Assembly (NCBI GenBank): GCA_963727445.1
Contig: CAVSGI010000020.1
Span: 256,001-320,000, forward strand
Length of the DNA: 64,000 nucleotides
Direction: 5' to 3'
Source: an uncultured delta proteobacterium
GTDB taxonomy: Bacteria; Myxococcota_A; Polyangia; Polyangiales; B10-G4
Below the pieces are notes generated by a model that worked only from the letters and a program-made list of their open reading frames with translations, was not told the origin of the DNA and ran no database searches. A program made the position numbers and the translations under genes. This document shows positions 41,253-51,166 of this stretch, in pieces (the stretch's first letter is position 1; the number at the start of each line of letters is the position of its first letter).

Positions 41253-42221
41253 CCGGAGACCCCGAGGTTCTTTCGGATGCGCGCGTTCGGCTGCTCGGTG
41301 TTGGGCACGAAGGCCTCGCCCCGGATCTGGTCGCAGGCTTCGATATAACGACGTGATGCCTCGATGCGCACCTCGTCCGGGATCTGGGGGATGGGGCCGT
41401 CGCCGCTGTAGCCCACCGACTTGAGCCAGCGCCGCACGTACTCCTTGTCGAAGCTCTCCGGGTCCTCGCCCGCGGCGAAGCGCTCCTGGTAGCTCTTCTG
41501 GTACCAATAGCGCGACGAATCCGGGGTGTGGATCTCGTCGATGACGACGATCTTCCCGTCGGGCGTCTTGCCGAACTCGTACTTGGTGTCCACCAGGATG
41601 AGCCCGCGCTCGGCGCACATCTTCTGGCCCATCGCGAAGAGCTTCATCGCGTAGCCGGCGGCGGTGTCGAAGTCCTCCGCGCTGACGCGGCCCATCGCCA
41701 GGATCTCCTCCCGCGAGGCGCTGACGTCGTGGTCCGCCCTTGGCCGCCTTGGTGCTCGGCGTGAGGATCGGCTCGGGGAGGCGCTGGTGCTTCTTCAGGC
41801 CGTCGGGGAGCTGGTGTCCGCAGAAGACGCGCTCGCCGCGCTCGTAGTGGGTCCAGATGCTGGTGCTGGTGACGCCGGTGATGTAGGCGCGCACCACCAT
41901 CTCGACCTCGAGCGGCTCGCACTCCACGCCGATCATCACGTTGGGATCCGGCACCTCGAGGACGTGGTTGGGCACCGCGTCCTTGGTCTGGTCGAACCAC
42001 CACGCCGCGAGGCTGTTCAACACCTGACCCTTGAAGGGCAGGGTGCCGAGCACGCGGTCGAAGGCGCTGATCCGGTCGGTGACGACGATGATCCGTCGCC
42101 CGTCGTCGGTCGTGTAGTTGTCGCGGACCTTGCCCTCGTACTTCTTTCCGAGGACGTCCAGCTCCGAGTGATCGAGAGTGAGCTCGAGGCCCTTCTCGAG
42201 AGTCGCTTGGTCGACGGTCAT
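41249..42221 (-). CDS. purC: SAICAR synthetase; +1 indel near 41734
   Basis: GKVRD, DRISAFD, EMVVRAY, TPSTKA, then [27 protein letters not shown] in the next frame. Confidence 0.93.
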
Positions 42222-43525
42222 GCCTTCGCTGCCTCCAGTGCGCGGTCGATGATGGAATCGACGTGGGAAAGTGCGTGGTCGAGATCGAACTGCTCGCCGA
42301 TCTCGTTGGCGGAGAGGTGCTCGCGGATCTCCGCGTCACCTTCCAGGAGCTCACGGAAATCGCCTTCTCCGTGGAACGCCTTCATCGCGTTGCGCTGGAC
42401 GAGGACGTAGCCCTGCTGGCGTCCGAGGCCCTTCTGGACCAGCGCGAGGAGGATCCCCTCGCTGGCCCACAGCCGGCCGGTGCGCTCGACGTTGGCCATG
42501 AGGTTTTCGGGATAGACGACGAGGTTGTCGACCAGACGCGTCGCGCGCCCCAGCGCGCAGGCCAGGGTGGTGGTGGCGTCGGGGCAGATCATCCGCTCCA
42601 CCGAGGAGTGGCTGATGTCGCGCTCGTGCCAGAGCGCTACGTTCTCGAGGGCGGGCGTCACCGCGCTCCGCACGATCCGGGCGAGGCCGGTGATGTTCTC
42701 GCTGAGGATCGGGTTGCGCTTGTGGGGCATCGCGCTCGAGCCCTTCTGACCCTTGCTGAAGTACTCCTCCGCTTCGGTCAGCTCGGTGCGCTGCCAGTGC
42801 CGGACGTTGATCGCCAGCCGCTCGAGGCCCGACGCGACGAGGCCCATCGCGCCAAACACGGCCGCGTAGCGGTCGCGCGCCACCACCTGTGTCGCCACCG
42901 TCTCGGGGCGAAGGCCCAGGCGATCCAGAGCGTCGGCCTCGATGGCCGGCGTCAGGTGCGCGTAGGTGCCGACGGCGCCGGCGATCTTCCCGACCGCGAT
43001 CTCCTCCCGCGCCTCGCGGAGCCGGCGGACGCCCCGCGCCGCCTCGGACAGATGACCCGCGAGGATCAGACCGAAGGTGACGGGCTCGGCGTGGATGCCG
43101 TGGGAACGCCCGATGGCGGGGGTGCGGCGATGCTCGTCCACGCGCTTGGCGAGCGCCTGCACGAAGGCCTCCTGGCGCGTGATCAAGGCATCGACTGCGT
43201 CGCGCATCAGGATCGCCAGCGAGGTGTCGAGCACGTCGGAGGAGGTCATCCCCAGGTGAAGCCAGCGCGCGGGCTCTCCCGCGAGCTCCTCCACGTGCGT
43301 GAGGAAGGCGATCACGTCGTGCTTCGTCGTGGCCTCGATCTCGTCGATGCGTGCGGGGTCGAGATCCTCGCCGAAGGGTCGCACCTTGGCGGCGGTCCCG
43401 GCTGGCACGATGCCCGCTCGCTCCATCGCTTCGCAGGCGGCGAGCTCGACCTCGAGCCAGGTGGCGAACTTGCGCGCGTCCGACCAGAGCTCCGCGAAAT
43501 CCTCGGGGGTGTAGCGCGGGATCAT
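42218..43525 (-). CDS. purB: Adenylosuccinate lyase
   Basis: [46 protein letters not shown]. Confidence 0.97.
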   Translation of the reverse strand: MIPRYTPEDFAELWSDARKFATWLEVELAACEAMERAGIVPAGTAAKVRPFGEDLDPARIDEIEATTKHDVIAFLTHVEELAGEPARWLHLGMTSSDVLDTSLAILMRDAVDALITRQEAFVQALAKRVDEHRRTPAIGRSHGIHAEPVTFGLILAGHLSEAARGVRRLREAREEIAVGKIAGAVGTYAHLTPAIEADALDRLGLRPETVATQVVARDRYAAVFGAMGLVASGLERLAINVRHWQRTELTEAEEYFSKGQKGSSAMPHKRNPILSENITGLARIVRSAVTPALENVALWHERDISHSSVERMICPDATTTLACALGRATRLVDNLVVYPENLMANVERTGRLWASEGILLALVQKGLGRQQGYVLVQRNAMKAFHGEGDFRELLEGDAEIREHLSANEIGEQFDLDHALSHVDSIIDRALEAAKA

Positions 43526-43622
43526 AGGGGCCGCGAAGCTACCAGATGGCCCCCCACGCGGCCACTGCTCACGGGCACATTTCGGCATTGCAATCCGGCC
43601 CGCGAGACCACAGATCTCGTAG

Positions 43623-44213
43623 GTGATGGAGTCCGTGAATCTCGCGTCGATCCGCAGCGCCATCGAGGCGCGGGACGCGAAGCTCCTCGCCGATGCCGAA
43701 AAGCGCGCGGCGGTCGCGACCGTGCTCCGGGCCGGCGCACGGGAGCCCGAAGTCTTGCTGATTCGGCGCGCCGAGCATCCCGACGATCCGTGGTCGGGTC
43801 ACATGGCGTTCCCGGGCGGTCGCAAAGATCCGACCGATCCCGATCTCTTGAGCACGGCGCTGCGCGAGACCCGCGAGGAGATCGGCCTCGACCTCTCTCC
43901 GCCTCAAGATCTCCTGGGGCGACTCGACGACGTCGAAGCGATCGCCCGCGCCAAGCGCACCGGGATGGTGATCTCTCAGTTCGTCTTCGCCGTCGACGAC
44001 GCCGGCGAGCTCACGCCCAATCACGAGGTGGCCGAGACGATCTGGGCGCCGATCGGGCCGATGATCCGGCGCGAGAACGCGACGACCAAGCACTACGTCT
44101 ACCAGGGGACCGAAATGGAGCTCCCGGCCTTCGATGTGGGGGGGCGCGTGGTGTGGGGGCTGACCTATCACATGCTGCAGCGCCTATTCGCCCTCTTGCG
44201 CGAGGGGTCGTAG
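43623..44213 (+). CDS. NUDIX CoA pyrophosphatase (NudL/NUDT7-like)
   Basis: [27 protein letters not shown]. Confidence 0.88.
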   Translation: MMESVNLASIRSAIEARDAKLLADAEKRAAVATVLRAGAREPEVLLIRRAEHPDDPWSGHMAFPGGRKDPTDPDLLSTALRETREEIGLDLSPPQDLLGRLDDVEAIARAKRTGMVISQFVFAVDDAGELTPNHEVAETIWAPIGPMIRRENATTKHYVYQGTEMELPAFDVGGRVVWGLTYHMLQRLFALLREGS

Positions 44214-44231
44214 CGCTCTATCCAGAGGGCG

Positions 44232-44549
44232 ATGGACGACAAGCGCTACCGAGAGCTCGCCGACGCCGCGCTTCGCGAGATCCTCGACCTCTTCGACGAA
44301 GTCGACGTCGACGACGCCGACGCGGAAAGCGCGGGCGACGTCATCACCGTCCGCTATCGCGACGGAAGCCGGCTGGTGGTCAACACCCAGAGCCCCGCCC
44401 AGCAGATGTGGCTCGCGGGCGCCGGCCACGGCTGGCACTTCAGCTGGGACGAGGACGCCAAGGCCTGGATGCACGACAAGGGCACGGGCGACGAGCTCTT
44501 CGCGGTCCTGCGCAAGATCACCAAGGACACGGTCGGCGTCGAGCTCTGA
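44232..44549 (+). CDS. cyaY: Iron donor frataxin CyaY
   Basis: Acidic helix, GDVITV, VVNTQ.P.QQMWLA, GWHF. Confidence 0.88.
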   Translation: MDDKRYRELADAALREILDLFDEVDVDDADAESAGDVITVRYRDGSRLVVNTQSPAQQMWLAGAGHGWHFSWDEDAKAWMHDKGTGDELFAVLRKITKDTVGVEL

Positions 44550-44552
44550 GGC

Positions 44553-45827
44553 TCACGAGCCTCTGCCGCGAGGGTCCGGCGGATACGCCCACTCCTCCAC
44601 ATAGGCGGAGCGAGCCTCGGGCTGCGCGGATTCCATCTGAGACCGAAGCGCGGCGGTCTGCGCGAGCGCGACCTCCGACAGCCCCCGCTCACGGCCGCTC
44701 GAGACCCAGGCCATGAGTGAGGAGAGCATCAGCTCCTTCACGTAGGCATAGCTGAAACCGTCCGTCTCTGCGGCGAGGCGCGCGAGCGCGTCAGGCTCGA
44801 GCCGGGCGTCGGGCTCCGAGGCCGCGTTCCAGAGCTGCATGTACGCCAGCCGTTCGGATTCTGCGGGCAGCGCGAAGTTGTACTTGCGGTCGAAGCGGCT
44901 GGGTCGATCGAGGATCGCCGGGTCGAGTCGCTCCGGATGATTGGTGGTCGCGATGGTCAGGATGCCTTCGTTGGAGGCGAAGCCGTCGAGCTCGTTGAGG
45001 AAGAACGAGCGCGAGTGCGGCGTGACCAGCGCGTCGAGATCTTCGAGCACCAGGGCGCAGGGCTTGATGCGCCGCGCGCGTTCGAAGACCTGGTGCATCA
45101 TCGCCTGGGGGCTTCGGCCGGGGGCTTCGAAGCTCTGCACATACAGACACGGGAGCTCGAGCGTGTTGAGCAACGCCTTGACGCAGTGCGTCTTCCCATT
45201 TCCCGGGGGGCCGACGAAGAGCACGCCCCGCTTCCAGGGCGCGCCGAAGCGGGCGTATTCCTCCTTCGACGCGAGGAACTGGCGGAAGTCGGACAGGAGC
45301 CGATCGGCGTGACCCGCCGGGAGCACGAGGTTGTCGAAGGTCGCGTTGCGGATCGCCTCGCGAAGGTCTTTGCTGCGGTTCCAGCAGCCGTTGGCGAAGA
45401 CGAGCACCTCGTCCAGGACCTCGTTTGCGACCTCAGCCACGTGGGTGGCGAAGCGCTCGACGTCCGCACGCGTCGGGCCGATCCACCACATCGTGGTTTG
45501 CTCGCTGAACCCGTGCACCCACGCTGCCTCGACGACGTGGAAAGTGATCCCCTCCCAGCGGACGGTTCGCATTCCCATGGCCAACCGGCGTCCCACCCGG
45601 CGTCCTGGCCCTCTCCAAAAGGACTCCCAGAGAGGCGGGGGCGCCTCCGCGACCGAGACCTCATCTTCGACCCGCGTCAGATACGTGTCGAGATCGAAGG
45701 ACGTGTCACGCGTTCGCATCGCGTAGGAGCCCTCGAACGCTGTCGAAACCGCCTCGTCGATGACGCAGGTAATCGCCTGTGCGGGGGCGTGAAGCGCCTC
45801 CCGAATCAACCCCCGTGGTGCTTCCAT
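44553..45827 (-). CDS. AAA+ ATPase
   Basis: GPPGNGKT, LEDLD, FLNELDG, TTNHPERLDPAILDRPSRFD. Confidence 0.88.
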   Translation of the reverse strand: MEAPRGLIREALHAPAQAITCVIDEAVSTAFEGSYAMRTRDTSFDLDTYLTRVEDEVSVAEAPPPLWESFWRGPGRRVGRRLAMGMRTVRWEGITFHVVEAAWVHGFSEQTTMWWIGPTRADVERFATHVAEVANEVLDEVLVFANGCWNRSKDLREAIRNATFDNLVLPAGHADRLLSDFRQFLASKEEYARFGAPWKRGVLFVGPPGNGKTHCVKALLNTLELPCLYVQSFEAPGRSPQAMMHQVFERARRIKPCALVLEDLDALVTPHSRSFFLNELDGFASNEGILTIATTNHPERLDPAILDRPSRFDRKYNFALPAESERLAYMQLWNAASEPDARLEPDALARLAAETDGFSYAYVKELMLSSLMAWVSSGRERGLSEVALAQTAALRSQMESAQPEARSAYVEEWAYPPDPRGRGS

Positions 45828-45834
45828 GGCGGCG

Positions 45835-45862
45835 ACGGTAAGTCGCGATCTGTTTGTGTAAA
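45835..45862 (-). promoter_or_regulatory. sigma70-type promoter placing +1 at the AAA+ ATPase start codon (leaderless)
   Basis: TTTACA-N16-TACCGT-N7-ATG on the minus strand; no SD. Confidence 0.6.
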
Positions 45863-45938
45863 GGACCCCTCGGGGGTGACAGCTGGCGGGTGCCTCCCAG
45901 GCGTCCTCTGAGGTACCATCGCCGACCCTGGGGGACCC

Positions 45939-46964
45939 GTGCTCAGAGGCCATCTCACCTTCGCGCTCATCTTCGTCACCCTGACCGCATGCGGGCAGGG
46001 CGATCCGCCGCCGCCGCCTCCGCCACCACCGGGGATGACGCCGCCACCGACGACGCCGCCGACCCTTCCGGGTCAACCCGGACAACCCGGCCAGCCGGGT
46101 CAACCAGGTCAGCCCGGCAACCCGACCACGCCTGCGGTGCCGATCACGCTCTCGCCAGGCTTCACCCCCGACCCGCACGTCGTCGCCGGGGTGAGCGGTG
46201 GCAACGTCGCGGCGACCAGCCTCGCACCCGACTGTCGGGGGTTCGTGTCGCAGACGCCGAACCACCTCTTCACCGCGGGCGGCCCCTTCACGTCGCTTCG
46301 CATTCTTGTCAACGGCGGCAGCGAGGACACCACGCTCGTCGTTCAGAAGCCCGACGGCAGCTACGTCTGTAACGACGACGCCGAGGGTCACAACCCGATC
46401 ATCGCCGGCGTCCCATTCCCGCCCGGCACCTACAAGATCTGGGTCGGGAGCTACACCCAGGGCGTCGCCGCCAACTACAACATCGGTTTCACCGAGCTCG
46501 CCTCGGTGAACGTGGCGCGCGTCGGGGTCCCCGCGGGCACGGCGACGCCTCCACCTCCCGGTGACCTGTCCTCCAACTTCGGCACCATCCAGCTCTCGCC
46601 GGGGTTCATGCCCGATCCGCACCGCGCGACCGGCACGGGTGGTGGCGCGGCTTCCGCGGACGCATGGGATGCCAACTGCCGCGGGGCGGTGTCGCAGACG
46701 CCCGACCACCTCTTCGTCGCCGCCGACACCTTCTCCTTCCTCAAGATCGTGGTGCGCTCCGAACAGGACACCACCCTCGTCCTCCAGAAGCCGGATGGGA
46801 CCTTCCTCTGCAACGACGACGACGACGGGCTCAATCCGGGCATCACCGGCACCTTCCCACCCGGGACCTACCGCATCTGGGTGGGCAGTTACGACACCAC
46901 GCAGCGCCCGCAGTACACGCTCGGGATCTCCGAGCTCTCCAGCACCACCGCGAGCGAGCTATGA
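45939..46964 (+). CDS. Lipoprotein with two tandem PPC-like beta-sandwich repeats
   Basis: LTA-C lipobox, poly-Pro/PGQ linker, two copies of GFxPDP..C.G..PxH..DTTLV.QKPDG..CNDD..G.NP..PPGTY.IWVGSY. Confidence 0.8.
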   Translation: MLRGHLTFALIFVTLTACGQGDPPPPPPPPPGMTPPPTTPPTLPGQPGQPGQPGQPGQPGNPTTPAVPITLSPGFTPDPHVVAGVSGGNVAATSLAPDCRGFVSQTPNHLFTAGGPFTSLRILVNGGSEDTTLVVQKPDGSYVCNDDAEGHNPIIAGVPFPPGTYKIWVGSYTQGVAANYNIGFTELASVNVARVGVPAGTATPPPPGDLSSNFGTIQLSPGFMPDPHRATGTGGGAASADAWDANCRGAVSQTPDHLFVAADTFSFLKIVVRSEQDTTLVLQKPDGTFLCNDDDDGLNPGITGTFPPGTYRIWVGSYDTTQRPQYTLGISELSSTTASEL

Positions 46965-49102
46965 CACAGAGCTACGACCACACCCTCGACCCCTTCTTCG
47001 CGCCGCGCGCCGTCGCGGTGATAGGCGCCTCGTCGAATCCCTCGTCAGTCGGTCACGCGGTGCTGAAGAACCTGCTCTACGGGCGTATGGATGGAACCGA
47101 GCGCGACAAGGGCTTTCCGGGGCCGGTCTATGCGGTCAATCCGAAGGGCGGCGAGATCCTCGGCGTCAAAGCTCACGAGAGCGTGTCCGCCATCGCCGAG
47201 CCCGTGGACCTCGTGGTGGTCGCGATCCCGCCGAAATACATCCCCGGCTTGATGACGGAGTGCGGCGGAAAGGGTGTGAAGGCGGCCATCGTGATCAGCG
47301 CCGGCTTCGCGGAGATGGGCGCGGAGGGGCGCGCGCTCCAGGACGACATGCGTGAAAAGGCCGACGCCGCCGGCGTGCGGATCATCGGCCCGAACTGTCT
47401 CGGCGTGATTCGCCCCAAGGTGAAGCTCAACGCCAGCTTCGCGGTCGCGTCGCCACGCGAAGGAAGCATCGGGCTCCTCAGCCAGTCGGGCGCGTTGGTG
47501 ACGGGCCTTCTCAGCTACGCCGAGCGCGAGCGCTTCGGTCTGTCGGCCGCGGTTTCCCTCGGGGCCAAGGCGGACGTCGAGGACGAGGACATCATCCGCT
47601 GGCTCGCGAACGACCCCGAGACCAACGCGCTCGCGCTCTACGTCGAGGCGTTCAAGGAGCCGCAGGCGTTCATCGACGCGGCCCGCGCGGTCGCCGGTCA
47701 GAAGCCGGTCGTCGCCATCAAGGGCGGCACCACCGCGGCGGGCGCCAAGGCGGCGTCCAGCCACACCGGCAGCCTCGCGGGATCGCGGGCGGCTTACGAG
47801 GCGGCTTTCGCACAGTCGGGCGTGATCCAGGCGCATTCGATCCAGGACTTCATCGGTTGGTCTCAGGCGCTCGCCATGCAGCCGGCGGCCCGCGGCAATC
47901 GACTGGCCATCGTCACCAACGCGGGCGGGCCGGGAGTGCTCGCTGCCGACGCCGCGGACCGCGTGGGGATCCGCCTCGCCCAGCTCAGCGAGTCGACGCT
48001 CGCCAAGCTCAACGAGGTGTTGCCGAGCGTCTGGTCACACAACAACCCCATCGACGTCATCGGGGATGCGACGCCCAAGCGCTACGCCGACGCCTTGTCG
48101 ATCCTCGGCGACGCCGAAGAAGTCGATGGCATCGTGGTGATCATGACGGTGCAGGCGATGACCGATCCCGAGGCCACGGCGAAGGCGATCGCCGGCGTCG
48201 CGAAGGCGCCGGGCTGGAAAGTGCCGATCTGCGGCGCGTTCATCGGCCTCTTCGGGACCGAAGTGGGCAGCTACCTCGACGCGCACGGCATCCCCGAGCT
48301 CAACACCCCCGAGCAGGCGGTCAGCGCCATGAGCGCGTTGATGCGGCGCGGCGCCTGGCTTCGCCGTGAGGACGCGAGCCCCACCGGCGACCACGGCATG
48401 CCGGCGCCCGCGCCGGACCGGGCGAAGGCCGCCCTCGCAAAGGCGCGAGAGCTCGGTCAGAACAACCTCGACCTCTCTCTCGCGCGCGAGGTCCTCGAGT
48501 CCGCTGGCCTCCGCTACAACCAGAGCGGCACCGCCCCGAACGAAGACGAAGCGGTGAAGGTCGCGGAGAAGATCGGCTATCCGGTCGTCATCAAGCTCAT
48601 CAGCCCCGACGTGATCCACAAGTCCGACGTGGGCGGTGTGGTGCTCGACATCGTGGACGCCGACGGGGTCCGCACGGCCTGCGCGTCCATTCGCGAGAAG
48701 GTCGAAGACCGCCAGCCCGGCGCGCGCATCGACGGCTTCACCGTCGAAGAGCAGGTGAAGGGGACCGAGATCATCGTCGGCATGAGTCGCGACCCGGACT
48801 TCGGACCGCTCCTGATGGTCGGCATGGGCGGCATCTTCGTCGAGGTCTACAAGGACGTGGCCTTCCGCCTGGTGCCGATGACCCGGCGTGACGCCCTCGA
48901 CATGATCGGCGAGATACGCGCCCAGCCCCTCCTCGACGGCGCGCGCGAGCGTCCGGTCCTCGACCGCGACGAGCTCGCGGAGGCCATCATGCGCATCTGC
49001 GCGCTGGTCGAGGACCACCCCGAGATCGTCGAGCTCGACGTGAACCCCCTGGTCATCACGGAAAAGGGCCTGATCTCGATCGATGCGCGCGTGATCATCT
49101 GA
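46961..49102 (+). CDS. ADP-forming acyl-CoA synthetase (fused alpha+beta)
   Basis: CoA-binding domain, GPNCLG, SQSGA, SHTGSLAG phospho-His, TNAGGPG, HKSDVGGV ATP-grasp; no GNAT domain. Confidence 0.9.
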   Translation: MTQSYDHTLDPFFAPRAVAVIGASSNPSSVGHAVLKNLLYGRMDGTERDKGFPGPVYAVNPKGGEILGVKAHESVSAIAEPVDLVVVAIPPKYIPGLMTECGGKGVKAAIVISAGFAEMGAEGRALQDDMREKADAAGVRIIGPNCLGVIRPKVKLNASFAVASPREGSIGLLSQSGALVTGLLSYAERERFGLSAAVSLGAKADVEDEDIIRWLANDPETNALALYVEAFKEPQAFIDAARAVAGQKPVVAIKGGTTAAGAKAASSHTGSLAGSRAAYEAAFAQSGVIQAHSIQDFIGWSQALAMQPAARGNRLAIVTNAGGPGVLAADAADRVGIRLAQLSESTLAKLNEVLPSVWSHNNPIDVIGDATPKRYADALSILGDAEEVDGIVVIMTVQAMTDPEATAKAIAGVAKAPGWKVPICGAFIGLFGTEVGSYLDAHGIPELNTPEQAVSAMSALMRRGAWLRREDASPTGDHGMPAPAPDRAKAALAKARELGQNNLDLSLAREVLESAGLRYNQSGTAPNEDEAVKVAEKIGYPVVIKLISPDVIHKSDVGGVVLDIVDADGVRTACASIREKVEDRQPGARIDGFTVEEQVKGTEIIVGMSRDPDFGPLLMVGMGGIFVEVYKDVAFRLVPMTRRDALDMIGEIRAQPLLDGARERPVLDRDELAEAIMRICALVEDHPEIVELDVNPLVITEKGLISIDARVII

Positions 49103-49128
49103 GCGTTTCGGGCTAGAACGCGCCGGCT

Positions 49129-51156
49129 GTGAGTCTGGTCGTTCTCGAAGACGTTTCCCTCTATTTCGGCGAGCGCTGCATCGTCGACGAGCTGAGCCTG
49201 CGCATCGCCGCGGGCGACCGTATCGGGGTCATCGGGCCCAACGGCTCGGGCAAGACCACGCTGCTGCGTCTCATCGCGCGCGAGCAGGCGCCGGACGGCG
49301 GCACGATTCGCCGCGCCAGCGGGATCCGCGTCGGCTATCTCCCCCAGGACATCGCCATCGAGGGCGGCACCGCGCTCTTGCCCTTCGTCCTCGACAGCGT
49401 GCCCGGGCGCGAAGAGCTCAAGGAGCGGGCGGCGGAGCTCGAGGCCGAGCTCGCGGGCCGCGCCCCGGATGACGACGCCGACGAGACCATGGAGCTCGCG
49501 ACGCGCCTCGCCGAGCTCCACGAGAAGCTCACCCACTTCGAGATCCACTACACGGAGCACGAGGCACGACGGATCCTGGCGGGTCTCGGCTTCTCGACCG
49601 AGGACGGCGAGCGCGACCTCGGTGAGCTCTCCGGCGGCTGGAAGATGCGCGCGGTCCTCGCGGCGCTCCTCTTCCAGCGTCCCGACGTGCTGCTCCTCGA
49701 CGAGCCCACGAACCACCTCGACATGCCGTCGGTGGCCTGGTTCTCCGGCTTCCTGAAGAGCTACGGCGGCGCGTTCCTGCTCATCTCGCACGACCGCGAG
49801 TTCCTGAACGAGCAGATCGCGCGCTGCGTGACCTTCGAAGTGGAGGGCGTGCGGCAGTACAAGGGCAACTACGACGAGTACCTGCGCCTCCGCGAGGAGG
49901 AGCTGGTGATCCTGCAGGCGCGGGCGAAGAACCTCCAGAAGAAGAAAGAGAAGACCGAGCAGTTCATCAACCGATTCCGCGCGAAGGCTTCGAAGGCGAC
50001 GCAGGTGCAGTCGAAGATCAAGGCGCTCGAGAAGATGGACGAGGTGCACGTCTACGAGGACCGGCGCACCATGCGCTTCACCTTCCCGCCCTCGGAGCGG
50101 GCCGGCGCCGAGGTGCTCACCACACGAAAGCTCGCCAAGAGCTACGGCGACCTCCGGGTCTTTTCCGACGTCGACCTGACGGTCGCCCGCGGAGAGCACA
50201 TCGGGATCATCGGCGTGAACGGCGCCGGTAAGACGACGCTGCTCAAGGTGATCGCCGGCGAGATCGAGTCGACCGGCGGCTCCGTGGAGCTCGGGCACAA
50301 CGTGAAGGTGAGCTACTACGCTCAGCATCACGCGGAGACCCTCGACCCCGAGCGCACCATCTTCGAGGAGGTCTATGGTCACTCGAAGGACGCCGGCGTC
50401 ACGCGGGTCCGCACGCTCCTCGGCGCGTTTCTCTTCAGCGGCGACGACGTCGAAAAGAAGATCAAGGTGCTCTCCGGCGGCGAGCGGGCCCGGGTGGCGC
50501 TGGCGAAGATGCTCGTCGATCCCGGCAACGTGATGCTCATGGACGAGCCCACGAACCACCTGGACCTCGCGTCCTCGGAGGCGCTCGCCGAGGCGCTCGC
50601 CACCTACGACGGGACGCTGGTCTTCGTCAGCCACAACCGCAGCTTCGTACGCCGCCTCGCGAGCCGCATCTGGGACGTGGCCGACGGCCACGTCGAGACC
50701 TATCCCGGCACCCTCGACGAGTACATGTACGCGATGCAGCAGCGCGACGAGGGCGCCTCGGACCCCGCGCCGAGCCGCGGCCAGGGCGACGGGGCCGGCA
50801 AAGCGATGAGCGCTTCGCCCGACGTCGGCAAGTCACGCAAACGAAGCAAGGCGGACGACAAGGAGCGCAAGCGCCGTGAGGCCGAGGCCCGCAACGTGAA
50901 GTCGAAGAAGCTCCGCCCGCTCCAGAAGCGCGCCGAGGAGCTCGAGGCACGCATCGCCGAGCTCGAGGGTGAGCAGAAGGAGAGGGCGACCGCCCTCGAG
51001 GATCCGGATGTCTACGGCGACGAAGCCAAGCGCTTCGCGATCCTCACCGAGCTCCAGACGACCCAGGACAAGCTCGAAGAGCTCACCGAGCGCTGGGCTG
51101 GCGTCTCGGAAGAGATCGAGGCCGCCGAAAGAGAGCTCGAAGCGCTGATGAGTTAG
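49129..51156 (+). CDS. ABC-F family ATPase (Uup/YheS-like)
   Basis: Two NBDs (GPNGSGKT, LSGG, DEPTNHLD twice), no TM, coiled-coil C-terminus. Confidence 0.92.
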   Translation: MSLVVLEDVSLYFGERCIVDELSLRIAAGDRIGVIGPNGSGKTTLLRLIAREQAPDGGTIRRASGIRVGYLPQDIAIEGGTALLPFVLDSVPGREELKERAAELEAELAGRAPDDDADETMELATRLAELHEKLTHFEIHYTEHEARRILAGLGFSTEDGERDLGELSGGWKMRAVLAALLFQRPDVLLLDEPTNHLDMPSVAWFSGFLKSYGGAFLLISHDREFLNEQIARCVTFEVEGVRQYKGNYDEYLRLREEELVILQARAKNLQKKKEKTEQFINRFRAKASKATQVQSKIKALEKMDEVHVYEDRRTMRFTFPPSERAGAEVLTTRKLAKSYGDLRVFSDVDLTVARGEHIGIIGVNGAGKTTLLKVIAGEIESTGGSVELGHNVKVSYYAQHHAETLDPERTIFEEVYGHSKDAGVTRVRTLLGAFLFSGDDVEKKIKVLSGGERARVALAKMLVDPGNVMLMDEPTNHLDLASSEALAEALATYDGTLVFVSHNRSFVRRLASRIWDVADGHVETYPGTLDEYMYAMQQRDEGASDPAPSRGQGDGAGKAMSASPDVGKSRKRSKADDKERKRREAEARNVKSKKLRPLQKRAEELEARIAELEGEQKERATALEDPDVYGDEAKRFAILTELQTTQDKLEELTERWAGVSEEIEAAERELEALMS

Positions 51157-51166
51157 CGCTCGGCGC

